DNA of 60,075 nt from Coleofasciculus sp. B1-GNL1-01 (GCA_040220235.1 JAVJTO010000029.1); one strand, 5' to 3'; positions 1 to 9,949 are shown, counted from the stretch's first letter. Translations and numbers: made by a program. The notes: generated by a model from the letters alone, not told the origin.

Positions 1-133
1 AGGCAATAGGCAATAGGCAATAGGCAATAGGCAATAGGCAATAGGCAATAGGCAATAGGCAATAGGCAATAGGCAATAGGCAATAGGCAATAGGCAATAG
101 GCAATAGGCAATAGGCAATAGGCAATAGGCAAT
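1..133 (+). repeat. Heptamer tandem repeat (AGGCAAT)x19, cyanobacterial STRR-like; may continue beyond the window start
   Basis: 19 perfect copies read directly from position 1. Confidence 0.97.
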
Positions 134-166
134 AGGGTAGAAACAGTCATTATTCCTTTGACGTTG

Positions 167-1408
167 CTAAAACAAGGATTTAATTTTCTGCCACAATTCC
201 ATTAGCTTTTGATGCCATTTTTGCCAACGCCTACGATTAGTCGCCAGGTTTTTTAGCATCCACAGTTCATCATCATTGGGGTTCAAGTTTAACGCCTGAT
301 TGTAAGCGGTAATAGCTTCCTGATACCGATGTAATTCCTGAAGCGCATTTCCACGTTCTGTCCAGTAGTGATAATCTTGTTTACGTTCTAAGGCTTGATC
401 ATAACTGTCAATCGCGTCTTCATAGCGCCCTAACCTAAATAAGGTTTTGCCGCGCAAATACCAAGTGTAATAATTTTGGGGGTGAATCTGTAATGAGTGA
501 TCATAACACTCAATCATCGATTCGTAGCGTTTTAAATTTAACAGAACAACAGCTTTAGTGTTCCAGGCTAATTCATAATCAGGATTAATCTCCAAAGCGC
601 GATCGCAACTCTCAACCGCCTCTTCGTAACGTTCGAGGTGATTTAAGACCATCGCCCGATTATGCCACGCTTTATCAGAGTTGGGATTCACCTTGATCGC
701 TTGATCGAAGGATGCCAGCGCTTCTTGATAACGATGTAACTGATACAACAGGAAACCGCGATTACAGCAGGTTCTATCATCATCCGGTTGAATTGCCAAG
801 GCGTGATTGTATGATGCGATCGCCTCCTGCAGGCAATTTAATTTCCGTAATGTGTTCCCCCGATCAATCCAGGCTTTCGCATAGTTAGGATTAAGCGCTA
901 AGGCGTGATTGAATGAGTCAATCGCTTCCTCATACTGCTTTAACTTCCGCAGCGCTACGCCCCGGTTATACCATACTTTGACATCATCTGAATTTAACTT
1001 TAACGCTTTATCGTAGGAGGCGATCGCTTGATCATAACGGTTTAAATTCTTGAGCGTAATTCCCCGGTAGTTCCAGATTTTGGGATTATCTGAATTAAAT
1101 TTTAACGCTTTATCAAAACTGGCTAATGCTTCTTCATCACGGTCTAAATGCTGCAACGCCACCCCCTGATGATACCAAGCAGAGGTACAATCAGTTTTAA
1201 TCGTTATCGCTTCATCATAATAATTGATTGCACTTTCATAGTCTCCTGATTCGGCTAGCGTATCGGCTTTTTCAACCTTTAAATTAGCTTTGTCTTCAGC
1301 GGTTTTATGATTAGATGGTAACGGGCTTTGAATCGTTAAAGTTGGGCTGGAATATTCTTGGGATTGAGGCAGGGAATCCCACTCGTAATTTCGTTCATTG
1401 ATCAACAT
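167..1408 (-). CDS. Tetratricopeptide repeat protein
   Basis: About ten 34-aa TPR units (W.NRG..L..L.RY.EA...D.AL); ATG at 1408 chosen, ORF is open to 1435. Confidence 0.9.
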   Translation of the reverse strand: MLINERNYEWDSLPQSQEYSSPTLTIQSPLPSNHKTAEDKANLKVEKADTLAESGDYESAINYYDEAITIKTDCTSAWYHQGVALQHLDRDEEALASFDKALKFNSDNPKIWNYRGITLKNLNRYDQAIASYDKALKLNSDDVKVWYNRGVALRKLKQYEEAIDSFNHALALNPNYAKAWIDRGNTLRKLNCLQEAIASYNHALAIQPDDDRTCCNRGFLLYQLHRYQEALASFDQAIKVNPNSDKAWHNRAMVLNHLERYEEAVESCDRALEINPDYELAWNTKAVVLLNLKRYESMIECYDHSLQIHPQNYYTWYLRGKTLFRLGRYEDAIDSYDQALERKQDYHYWTERGNALQELHRYQEAITAYNQALNLNPNDDELWMLKNLATNRRRWQKWHQKLMELWQKIKSLF

Positions 1409-1806
1409 TGGCAGACGGATAAGGCGCGACAACAATTCTACTTTTTATTTTAGCTATCAAGGGCTTAGACTGTACTCTTCCTAAATAGATAAATTTTGGG
1501 CGGGATAGTTGGGATTTAGAGTCCACCGTTGATGGAGAGGAATGGGGATTGTTGAAGTTAATATTTTCCTTTGTTCAGAGAAATTAAAACTCAGGAACGA
1601 TAGAGACTTTGCCTGCAATGTCTCTCCGACACCAATGCTCCCTACCCAATCTAATCTTAAAAGCCGCCTAGTGTAAGAAGGCAGAAATAACGCCAACAGC
1701 TCCCCCCGCTTCCCCCGCTTCCCCAGCTTCCCCAGCTCTCCCTGCTTTACCGCAGTAAATCCCCCGAAAACGTTATCGTAGTGGAAGTAAGGTTAGAAAA
1801 AAAGCT

Positions 1807-3261
1807 ATGGGGGTTCAGTTGCGGCGACCTATTTTAGTGGGTGGTATTGCTTTATCCTTTGGATTATGGCTGCTAGAGACGGTGCATCAGTCAGTGGCGG
1901 AGTGGGGAGAGGTTGGACTCCTCGGCGCGATCGCACTCGGTAGTGGGGTATGGTTGTTTCAGAAGCGAGGGTCAAGTTCGGTGGAGGTATCTGTGATATC
2001 CTCGCCTCTAGATCGCGCTACGGTAGAGGAGGCGATCGCTCAAGCGGAACTCGCAATTTCCTACCTAGAAACAGAAGTCGAGAAGTCTGAAAGTAGCACA
2101 TTATTACGACAGCAGGTTAACCAATTAACCACCCAATTGGATCGACAAGAATTGCAACTGCTTGTCACTGGCGGTAAAGGCGTCGGAAAATCCTGTTTAG
2201 TGCAAGTTTTAAACTCGAACGGATTATCGGAACAATTCCCTACCGTTACTGTACAAGAAACGACGGTCTTAGTTGCAGGCGATCGCACTCAGGATACAAT
2301 CCCCAACTCAGATTTAATCCTCTTTGTGATCACCAGTGATTTAACAGATTCCGAGTTTCAACTTTTGCAGCATCTGAAAACGCTGAATCAGCGACTTCTG
2401 CTTATCTTTAATAAACAAGACCAGTATTTACCTCCAGAACGAGTGCTAGTGTTGCAACAACTGCGACACCGACTCGCCAAACTTTTCCCCCCAGAGGATA
2501 TCATTGCGATCGCGGCGTCTCCCACTCCTGTAAAAGTGCGCCAGCATCAATCTGATGGATCAGTCAACGAATGGTTAGAGGCGCAAACACCTGATGTCAC
2601 CGCTTTGACGCAACGATTGCAGCCCATCTTAACTGAAGACGCCCAACAACTTATCTGGGGAACCACCCTCAGATCCGCGATTAGTCTCAAAGCTGAAGCC
2701 AAAACCGCCTTAAATCAAGCCAGACGCGATCGCGCTTTACCCCTAATTGAACAATATCAGTGGATTACCGCCGCCACCGCGTTTGCGAATCCGGTTCCCG
2801 CTTTAGATTTACTTGCCACGGCTGCAATTAGTAGCCAATTAGTGATTGAATTAGCCGGAATCTATCAACAAAAATTTTCCCTATCCCAAGCCCAATCTGC
2901 TGCCAAAACCTTGGGTAGCTTAATGGTTAAACTCGGTCTAGTTGAACTCTCCACCCAAACTATCGGTGGTATTCTCAAAAGCAATGCGTTTACCTATATC
3001 GCTGGCGGTGCAGTGCAAGGGGTTAGCGCGGCGTATCTTACCCGATTAGCGGGGTTGAGTTTAATCGAATATTTCCAAGACCAAGAGATTAGCGAACCGA
3101 CAGCAACCGATCAACCCTTAAATCTTGACCGCCTGAAAGAGAAACTGCAAACTGTTTTCCAACAAAATCAACGGACGGTATTTTTACAGGGGTTTGTGCA
3201 GCAAGCGGTAAAACGTTTGCGTTTAAACTCCGCTAAACCTGAACCTAGCCGCTTATCCTAA
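1807..3261 (+). CDS. YcjF/DUF697-family membrane protein with degenerate GTPase domain
   Basis: Two N-terminal TM segments, GGKGVGKS P-loop, NKQD motif, C-terminal NPVPALDL...QGVSAAYLTR DUF697-type motifs. Confidence 0.8.
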   Translation: MGVQLRRPILVGGIALSFGLWLLETVHQSVAEWGEVGLLGAIALGSGVWLFQKRGSSSVEVSVISSPLDRATVEEAIAQAELAISYLETEVEKSESSTLLRQQVNQLTTQLDRQELQLLVTGGKGVGKSCLVQVLNSNGLSEQFPTVTVQETTVLVAGDRTQDTIPNSDLILFVITSDLTDSEFQLLQHLKTLNQRLLLIFNKQDQYLPPERVLVLQQLRHRLAKLFPPEDIIAIAASPTPVKVRQHQSDGSVNEWLEAQTPDVTALTQRLQPILTEDAQQLIWGTTLRSAISLKAEAKTALNQARRDRALPLIEQYQWITAATAFANPVPALDLLATAAISSQLVIELAGIYQQKFSLSQAQSAAKTLGSLMVKLGLVELSTQTIGGILKSNAFTYIAGGAVQGVSAAYLTRLAGLSLIEYFQDQEISEPTATDQPLNLDRLKEKLQTVFQQNQRTVFLQGFVQQAVKRLRLNSAKPEPSRLS

Positions 3262-3289
3262 GACAAAAAGGCAGACGACAGAAATGGGC

Positions 3290-3347
3290 GTAGGGGTGGG
3301 TTTTACCGATAATGTTAACGTAGAGACGTTGCATGCAACGTCTCTAC
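3290..3347. repeat. GTAG-family REP-like palindromes
   Basis: GTAGAGACGTTGCATGCAACGTCTCTAC is a perfect palindrome; similar elements recur throughout the window. Confidence 0.75.
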
Positions 3348-3351
3348 ACGA

Positions 3352-3570
3352 TTAATTTTCTGCTTCAGTCGTAGAAACGGAAGGAATAGACTCCTCCGCG
3401 TGACCCACATCAAACACAATCGCAAATTGTAAGTCAGGCATCATTCGCTTCAGAATACGCAAATGACCTTCAGCATCGCCACGACGACGGAAGCGACCCA
3501 CAATGACATGTTGCAAATTCGACTGCAAGCGGACAATTTTCCACGGACTCAACTTGTCTTGATAATTCAT
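3352..3570 (-). CDS. Small conserved cyanobacterial hypothetical protein
   Basis: 72-aa ORF with PW.IVRL...RFRRR.DAE.HL pattern seen in small cyanobacterial proteins. Confidence 0.7.
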   Translation of the reverse strand: MNYQDKLSPWKIVRLQSNLQHVIVGRFRRRGDAEGHLRILKRMMPDLQFAIVFDVGHAEESIPSVSTTEAEN

Positions 3571-3734
3571 TTCTGTAAAACCCCTTGTGTCAACGACCCA
3601 TAACTAATGGCTGTACATGATAGTCAGGGCTGAGATTATGGATAGAGAACCCTGTGAGAGTATGTTTCAGTCTTATATAGTGATACAGCTTTCATCAGCG
3701 CTATCGGGATAGAGTGCCTGGTACCGCTACCTTA

Positions 3735-3798
3735 GTGAACTACCGCAACTTACTTCGTTGAAGTTCCAGCTTCTGACTTCATAGGGAATTGCTTAAAA
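3735..3798 (+). mobile_element. Isolated IS200/IS605-type end remnant (hairpin)
   Basis: AACTT-ACTTCGTTG-AAGTT hairpin has the same 9-nt loop as the IsrB right-end hairpin at 11778-11802. Confidence 0.5.
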
Positions 3799-3800
3799 CT

Positions 3801-3885
3801 GAGGTACACAGATAGATCCCCGACTTCTGGGAGAAGTCGGGGATCTTGCTTAGGGCTGTACCTCATCAACCTGAAATCTGCTGTA
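3801..3885. repeat. Nested palindromic repeat / MITE remnant
   Basis: GAGGTACA...AGATCCCCGACTTCT-GGG-AGAAGTCGGGGATCT...TGTACCTC, ending in GCTGTA. Confidence 0.6.
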
Positions 3886-4027
3886 ACTGAATTTTCCTGA
3901 ATTTTACCCAAGTTTTAATGGAATCGTTTTCCTTTTAATCCTCAATTCTTATAAATTAACTTTTGATTTTGCCGAGTACACTAAAACTATCAAGACCTAA
4001 CATAATTGTAATTCAACCTAGCTTTAT

Positions 4028-4723
4028 ATGACCTATGTTTCTTCAGTTAGGATTACTCAAGCTCAACCCCATAATTATGCATGTCACCGGACAAATCAGT
4101 TTTTTGCCCAACTTTTAAATCATCCAGACTATCGCCAGATGATCGATAAAATTGCTCGGAAAAATACCAGAGAAACTGCGATTGACTGGGAAGATGCCGC
4201 CCAAACTGCCCATATCAAATTATTTCAAGCTGTAATGGCTGGCAAGTTTCGTACTGGGGAAATCAATCAATTCTACCGCTGGTCAAAAAAAGTAGCTCGC
4301 TTGGCAATTATTGATCTGATGCGTCACGAAAAGCAAAGACGCTGTACAAGTTTAGACCAAACAATTCCCGGAACAAATGTATCGTTATTGGAAACCATCC
4401 AGGATGAATTTGACGTGCTAGATACTGTGGAGCGTACTGATTTAATCAACCGAGCCATCGCCGCTATTTCAGAACTCGATCAACGTTATCCTAATCGAGG
4501 GTATCAGAAACTATGGCAGGGTAAACTACAAGGTAAAACCCAAGTCGAACTAATTGCTGATTTGGGCTTAAAAAGTCAAGGTGCTGTCTCAAAACGTTGG
4601 CGGGAGTTATTAGAACGTCTTGCTGAGGAGTTGGGATTATTGCAAACGGCAGCTATCCAACTCCAACTGAAAGCGACAAGCGGTCAAAACGTTCGGCGAT
4701 CGCGCTCTACTCAAGCGTGGTAA
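4028..4723 (+). CDS. Sigma-70 family (ECF/group 3-like) RNA polymerase sigma factor
   Basis: Region 2-like WEDAAQ...F.RW...VAR.AIID; SLD motif; C-terminal HTH (TQVELIADLG..SQGAVSKR). Confidence 0.75.
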   Translation: MTYVSSVRITQAQPHNYACHRTNQFFAQLLNHPDYRQMIDKIARKNTRETAIDWEDAAQTAHIKLFQAVMAGKFRTGEINQFYRWSKKVARLAIIDLMRHEKQRRCTSLDQTIPGTNVSLLETIQDEFDVLDTVERTDLINRAIAAISELDQRYPNRGYQKLWQGKLQGKTQVELIADLGLKSQGAVSKRWRELLERLAEELGLLQTAAIQLQLKATSGQNVRRSRSTQAW

Positions 4724-4755
4724 AACTTTTGAAGGGGTGCATTGCCACAATTATT

Positions 4756-4879
4756 TAAGTAGGTGGACACAATTAAAGTTAGCGGTGGAGATTAGGGAAC
4801 AGGGAACAGGGAACAGTAAGGGTTTGAGGCTTGTTTACATAGCTTAATCTAGTTAAGTTTATTTCCACCAACCTACTTA
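4756..4879. mobile_element. TA-flanked MITE (TAAGTAGGT...ACCTACTTA) with internal AGGGAAC repeats
   Basis: Terminal inverted repeats at 4756-4764 and 4871-4879. Confidence 0.7.
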
Positions 4880-5505
4880 TACGGAAACACAACTTCTCGA
4901 AACGTGAGTGAAACTCGGCGACTTCTAACTAATTTTTTTTCCTGATACTGATCTGTTTTGCGAGCAGGAATACCATGTTGCCACTGATAACGGGCAACCC
5001 CTTGCAAAACCAGTAAACTCCCCGGTAATAGCAGAATAGGAATCTGGGTTTGCGTGGGTGGGTGGGTCAAGTTTATCACACAACGACTCCCCAAACTTAG
5101 GGAGATAATAGTATTGCCAAAACAGGGAACACAGTCAACATGATTGGTAATGCCTTGACCGGGTAAGTATTCATTGACAATCAGTTGATCAGGGAGAATG
5201 GATGTTATGCGATCGCGAACCAGTCGTTGCCCCAGTTGGTTTGCCCAATTTGGCAATTCTCCTAAGTAGCTGGCGGAGGTTAATGTCCGTTTTTGATACT
5301 CATAGCGATATCCATAATGTTGTACTCTGCGTTTTAATTGGGTTGACCATTCCTGTTGGTCGATAATCTCCAGTAATTGATTTTGTTCCTGGGTATTGAT
5401 ATAATCGGGGATGTAGTTTAGTCCAGGTATTTCTGGCACAATAAAGTCTGATTTAGGGTCTACATCGAAATTTAGCGCTTTTGATGATGGTATCATTTTG
5501 GGCAA
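4873..5505 (-). CDS. AlkB-family 2OG-Fe(II) dioxygenase
   Basis: RRVQHYG, NEY.PGQGI..HVD, WQHGI and RRVSLTFR motifs. Confidence 0.9.
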   Translation of the reverse strand: MPKMIPSSKALNFDVDPKSDFIVPEIPGLNYIPDYINTQEQNQLLEIIDQQEWSTQLKRRVQHYGYRYEYQKRTLTSASYLGELPNWANQLGQRLVRDRITSILPDQLIVNEYLPGQGITNHVDCVPCFGNTIISLSLGSRCVINLTHPPTQTQIPILLLPGSLLVLQGVARYQWQHGIPARKTDQYQEKKLVRSRRVSLTFREVVFPYK

Positions 5506-5780
5506 ATTTTAATCTATAATTGAATAATTAACTCATGGGATTTTAACCTATCAAAAATATAAAATGAATCTTAATATATTGATGGGTGGGTTACGGCGGA
5601 TACCGGATTAAAAGGTTATTGGTTTGAGGAAATACCCGCCTAACCCACCCGACAGGTTATGAACTTCTTTTTTCTCAATGATAGGGATATACCCGCCACA
5701 GTTTTGTCAGCCCTCAACAATCAACAATCAACGATTTACCGCTATGCTAGAACATTGGTGGTATCAGTTACGCCCCTAAG

Positions 5781-6458
5781 ATGACTTTAATTCTCACCAA
5801 TGATGATGGAATAGATGCTCCAGGGATTCAAGCACTCCAGCAAGCGGTTAAGGGTAAAAGCGTTATCGTTGCGCCTCAAACCCATTTATCCGGTTGTGGT
5901 CATCAAGTTACCACGCATCAGCCCATCCATGTTCAACAGCGCTCAGAATTTGCCTACGCAGTCGCAGGTACACCCGCCGATTGTACCCGTCTGGCTGTGA
6001 CTCAACTGGTGCAGAACCCGCAATGGGTACTTTCTGGGATTAATGCAGGCGGTAATCTGGGAGTAGATGTGCATATTTCCGGTACTGTCGCGGCGGTGAG
6101 GGAAGCGGCAATTCTGGGAATTCCAGGGATTGCGATTTCTCACTGGATTAAACGCCCTTTGGTGATTGATTGGCAAGTGGCTAGCCGTTGGACAACCAGG
6201 GTATTAGAGGAGTTATTTCAACGTCCCACCCCTCCCGGTACGTTTTGGAATGTCAATTTACCGCACCTAGAACCTAGTTCTCCAGAACCCGATATCGTCT
6301 TCTGTAAACCGAGTATTCAGCCGTTACCCGTTAACTATGTTGTAGAGGGGGATCACTATTACTATAAAGGCGAATATGCTAAACGCGATCGCACTCCGGG
6401 TACAGATGTTGATATTTGTTTTAGCGGTAGTATCGCGGTGACTCTCCTGTCACTTTGA
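5781..6458 (+). CDS. surE: 5'/3'-nucleotidase SurE
   Basis: LTNDDGI.APG, GTPADC, SGINAG.N, SGTVAA motifs. Confidence 0.95.
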   Translation: MTLILTNDDGIDAPGIQALQQAVKGKSVIVAPQTHLSGCGHQVTTHQPIHVQQRSEFAYAVAGTPADCTRLAVTQLVQNPQWVLSGINAGGNLGVDVHISGTVAAVREAAILGIPGIAISHWIKRPLVIDWQVASRWTTRVLEELFQRPTPPGTFWNVNLPHLEPSSPEPDIVFCKPSIQPLPVNYVVEGDHYYYKGEYAKRDRTPGTDVDICFSGSIAVTLLSL

Positions 6459-6553
6459 GTTACAAATTTGAGAAATGCGGGATTCGTCATTTGTCCTTTT
6501 TCATTCGTTATTTTCACGAAACTGGAAGGTATTTGGCATTGATCATGCCTCAT

Positions 6554-6703
6554 TCATTTTACAAATCGGCGGATTTCTGTAACCCAGCGCAGCCGTTCTT
6601 CATGGTCTAGGTTTAGGATATCGTCTAATGACCAGTGAAAGTGAAAGGCAATTAAGGCTACCTCTTGGTATAAACGATCCAAGGGGTAGCCTAATATTCC
6701 CCC
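6554..6703 (-). CDS. DUF6760-like eCIS small protein (GYPLDRLYQEVALIAFHFHWSLDDILNLDHEERLRWVTEIRRFVK); probable -1 frameshift extension of the upstream chaperone
   Basis: Translated by hand (not in the ORF track); LY.EVA.IA.HFHW...I..L.H.ER.RW pattern; -1 frame relative to 6691-7008; no ATG. Confidence 0.8.
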   Translation of the reverse strand, partial: GGILGYPLDRLYQEVALIAFHFHWSLDDILNLDHEERLRWVTEIRRFVK

Positions 6704-7008
6704 GATCGCGCCATTCCTCCCTGATGCTGATTGATATGATTGAAAAAGTTCTGTAAGTAAATTAAGTCTACTAAGAAAAGTTGTTCTAATAGCTTTGGTG
6801 TAACCGGAGAAAGGTTGCCAAGACGGGTGATAGCTCTAGACAAAATAACAAAAATGCGGTAGTAATGTTCTTGCTGCACGCGGCTATCTTTGTGAACTAC
6901 AATCTCATCTTTCCCGGTGACTACACGCATTATCCCATGCCGATGAATACCACCATTGGTATCAACAAAACCTTTGGGTAGAGTAAATTCAAAATAGGTA
7001 TAGTCCAT
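6691..7008 (-). CDS. Phage-tail assembly chaperone of the eCIS (paralog 2)
   Basis: FEFTLPKG.VD..G..HR.G.MR...DEI...D.RV...ILSR.ITRLG...DL.YLQ motif; lies downstream of the tube genes. Confidence 0.85.
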   Translation of the reverse strand: MDYTYFEFTLPKGFVDTNGGIHRHGIMRVVTGKDEIVVHKDSRVQQEHYYRIFVILSRAITRLGNLSPVTPKLLEQLFLVDLIYLQNFFNHINQHQGGMARSGEY

Positions 7009-7052
7009 AGTTATTGGTCATTAGTCATTTGTCCTTCGTCCTTCGTTTTCCT

Positions 7053-7113
7053 GTAGGGGCGACCCGCTGCATAAATCAACAACTGTATCCACTCAATTTG
7101 CTCGGGTCGCCCT
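7053..7113. repeat. GTAG REP/REPIN-like element
   Basis: GTAGGGGCGACCCG...CGGGTCGCCC; related copy at 29771-29833. Confidence 0.7.
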
Positions 7114-7181
7114 TGACTTAACCCCCTATATCAAAACTTGTTTATTGAGAATTATAGCAGACAAAAAACAGTAATTTTATA

Positions 7182-7541
7182 TCATTCAGAATCTGATGGA
7201 ATTGATACAGGTTGCGCTGATAAATTGGAAGCCGATTCCACTTCATTATCAGATTCTAATTCATTAATTTGCCGATAAAATTGTTGCAAATAATTGAGAT
7301 CACAGGCAAACAAATTTTCAATTACTGTGGGAGTGACTTCATCTAAAGCCCCCAAACGCAAAATAACTCGCGATAAAATAATCACCGTGGCGTAAGCGGG
7401 ATTCGATTTCACACGCGGATCACGCATGGGAACGATTTCATCGATCGCCCGTGCTAACCGCATTACACCTTTGCGGTGTAAGTTTCCCTCCCCATCCAGA
7501 TACCCTTTGGGAAGATCAAATTCAAACTCGGTTTGAATCAT
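7182..7541 (-). CDS. Phage-tail assembly chaperone of the eCIS (paralog 1)
   Basis: QTEFEF.LPKGYLD.EGNLHRKGVMRLA.A.DEI.P.RDPRV..NPAY. Confidence 0.9.
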   Translation of the reverse strand: MIQTEFEFDLPKGYLDGEGNLHRKGVMRLARAIDEIVPMRDPRVKSNPAYATVIILSRVILRLGALDEVTPTVIENLFACDLNYLQQFYRQINELESDNEVESASNLSAQPVSIPSDSE

Positions 7542-8032
7542 GTCCCTGGCTTAATCCGTCTTAACTGTTCAACTGTCACCTCGACTTCTTCGATTTGATA
7601 CTCATCTCCTCTGACATTTAAATCAGAAATTTGGTAGCTAACGGGCCACGCGCCTTTAAATTCAAATCGAAACTGCTCTGTGGATGAGGTATCATAGATG
7701 ACTAATGCACCATTACGCCGTTGATCTTGCCAATCCGCTCCTTCCTGTACGGAATTCAGCCAATTCCACAAAGTCATGGAAATATTTAACCCTCGTTTCA
7801 AGGTTAGATTGGTGTAGGTGATATTCCCAGGAACCTTTGTGCGAACCACTCGCCCTCTAGCGTTCCCACTTTTTCCCCACTTCTGCGGCGTTACCTCGCA
7901 GACTTCAACAATGTCCTGAGTTGCTTTAAAGCCTTTACATTCCTCAAACAGACCATCTACAGCATCATTACTCCCATCTAAGATTAACTCTAAATAAAAG
8001 CGCGATCGCGTCAGAATTTCAACTTCTGCCAC
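7538..8032 (-). CDS. eCIS tail tube protein (T4 gp19-like)
   Basis: F.ECKG, K.PG...TNLTLKRG, LWNW, RRNG, GAWP motifs. Confidence 0.92.
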   Translation of the reverse strand: MAEVEILTRSRFYLELILDGSNDAVDGLFEECKGFKATQDIVEVCEVTPQKWGKSGNARGRVVRTKVPGNITYTNLTLKRGLNISMTLWNWLNSVQEGADWQDQRRNGALVIYDTSSTEQFRFEFKGAWPVSYQISDLNVRGDEYQIEEVEVTVEQLRRIKPGT

Positions 8033-8083
8033 TGTTCACCTCCTTTGCCTGTACCTCTCCTGCCATCTGGAAATGGACAAAAC

Positions 8084-8119
8084 ACTGCCCGGTGTTTTCT
8101 TAAGAAACACCAAGGCAGT
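8084..8119 (-). terminator. Stem-loop between tube genes (terminator or mRNA stabiliser)
   Basis: ACTGCC..GGTGTTT/AAACACC..GGCAGT stem followed by GTTTT on the minus strand. Confidence 0.55.
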
Positions 8120-8159
8120 TGATCAAAAAACTAGATTACGAATGGAGACAATACTCACA

Positions 8160-8648
8160 TTACACGTCTGCCCGTACCATTTTTGTGAATCGAATTTCCA
8201 TCGTATCTTTCGCCAGTTCTCCCGGCTTACCGACATCTAATTGACTGGTTTGGTTAAGGGTGCTGGGGAAGCAATCAATGAAATCATACTGCGCCCCAAT
8301 ATTGTCATTCATATCATAAATGAAGAGTGAAGCCGTTTTACGGTTTTTCCTCGACTCAGTAGCACCGCCGGAGAACGAAGTGGCGTGGCATTTCTTATAC
8401 CAATCGGTTACTTTCTTTTGATCCGCTTCATTACCGGCTACGTATTCAAGTTTCAGACCTGAGCCATACTCGACCGCGCCCGGAGTTGCTTGAGTTTGGG
8501 TTTTTCCCCCTCTTCCACAACCAATTGCTCCGCTTCCTGCCGCCACTTTCATTTCAATTGGAGGAATTGTACATTTTTCGATGACCAACTCCATGCCATC
8601 ACAATCAAAGTAGAAAGCTGCGTTAGTGTTATATTCAATATCCGCCAT
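8160..8648 (-). CDS. Divergent eCIS tail tube protein (gp19-like)
   Basis: DWY...RKTASLFIYD......YDF.DCFPS pattern; typical size; position after sheath. Confidence 0.75.
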   Translation of the reverse strand: MADIEYNTNAAFYFDCDGMELVIEKCTIPPIEMKVAAGSGAIGCGRGGKTQTQATPGAVEYGSGLKLEYVAGNEADQKKVTDWYKKCHATSFSGGATESRKNRKTASLFIYDMNDNIGAQYDFIDCFPSTLNQTSQLDVGKPGELAKDTMEIRFTKMVRADV

Positions 8649-8716
8649 GGTTCAACTCCCAGATCATTCAGTTAATTAGATTGCTGCTGATAGTCAAATA
8701 TCCCAGATGTTTTACA

Positions 8717-9211
8717 TCACTCGTCCCCGACGCGGGTGCAATTTTCGCACACTATCGTCCAGGTTTCTTTCAGATAATCTTTGCCATTGACATCCAATTC
8801 AGCAATGCTCATTTTCGAGGGCCACGCTTCTTTGAAGTCCCATTGGGCTACAATATCATTGGCATTATTGTAAGCAAAGATGCTTCCTGTTTTTTTGCTA
8901 TCCGCCCATTTGCCCTCACCACCGTCGGTGGGAGGTAGACAAGCTTTGAACCATTTCCACATGGCTACACTAGCGCTGGTGGGACTTGGGCTAGAGAGGC
9001 ATACTAAATCAAAAGTGACGACTTCCTCGAAGCCAGCCGAGTTAATCTGCCGCTCTGATTTTCCGTCTTTTCCGGAACCAACTACGGCAGCTTCACCTGC
9101 TAGTTTCGGTTTGTACTCAGGCACTTTCACACTTTGAAGCGAGAGGACACCCGTGCCATCAAGATCTATGGAAAAACTACTCGGGGCAAGGGGTGTTTGT
9201 AGGTCAGCCAT
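8717..9211 (-). CDS. Divergent eCIS tail tube protein (gp19-like)
   Basis: MWKW...KKTGSI.AY......AQWDF.EAWPSK...ET.TIV.E. Confidence 0.8.
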   Translation of the reverse strand: MADLQTPLAPSSFSIDLDGTGVLSLQSVKVPEYKPKLAGEAAVVGSGKDGKSERQINSAGFEEVVTFDLVCLSSPSPTSASVAMWKWFKACLPPTDGGEGKWADSKKTGSIFAYNNANDIVAQWDFKEAWPSKMSIAELDVNGKDYLKETWTIVCENCTRVGDE

Positions 9212-9728
9212 ATTTTTATCTCCTTACAGTCACTTGTCAACGTTTTGTTTTGATGCGTTTCCGATACAGAACTTAACAAATTGACAAAACTATCAAGCCA
9301 TAATCAGACATTTTAACAGTTAGAGACTTCTGTTATAGCATGAATCTTCGCTCAGAGCGATTACAAAATGTCAAGGTCTGTAAGTTGCTGTTAAACGTTC
9401 GATGAAATTCGAGTTCCGTTACATAAGACTTATGCAAATCTAGGCAGAGGTACTCATGACTAGGCTTGCTGCTTACTTCCTGCTTCATTCTGAAGGTGTC
9501 GGCACCTTCCCAGTCCACAGGCTAAAACCACCTAACTGGCGGCTATCTCCAAATTCATGGAGGCGTTGAAATCTCTCTCAATCTCTAACCCGCAATTGTC
9601 ACACCCTTCCCTTTTTATTGTATGTTTCTCACCCCGTTTCCGTTACAATTATTTACCTTGCCTAAATTCACGGCGACCCGAGTAAGTTAAGTGGATTTGA
9701 GTTGTCCTTTAATACAAACCTTCATCCT

Positions 9729-9949
9729 TGTCAACTTAAGGTGAAAGTTTTCTGTGTGAGACAAAAGAATCTCGTCGCAAATTTGTTAACCCCCATTAAT
9801 CCCCCCTTTTTATGGGGGTAAACGTTACAGTCCCGTTTCCTCCCAGTTCCCTCCCCTTATAATGGGGTGGTTTTGGTTGGGTTTACTAATGGGAGGGTTA
9901 GGGTGGAGTCAGATCAAGGTATTGTTTTCTTGTTGAGCTTAAGTTGACA
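9729..9949. mobile_element. MITE-like element (TGTCAACTTAAG...CTTAAGTTGACA) nested in a REP-like pair
   Basis: 12-bp perfect terminal inverted repeat; internal CCCCCCTT..GGGGG-type repeats; flanked by GGCGACCCG (9672) and CGCCCCTAC-like (about 9966-9975) arms. Confidence 0.6.
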
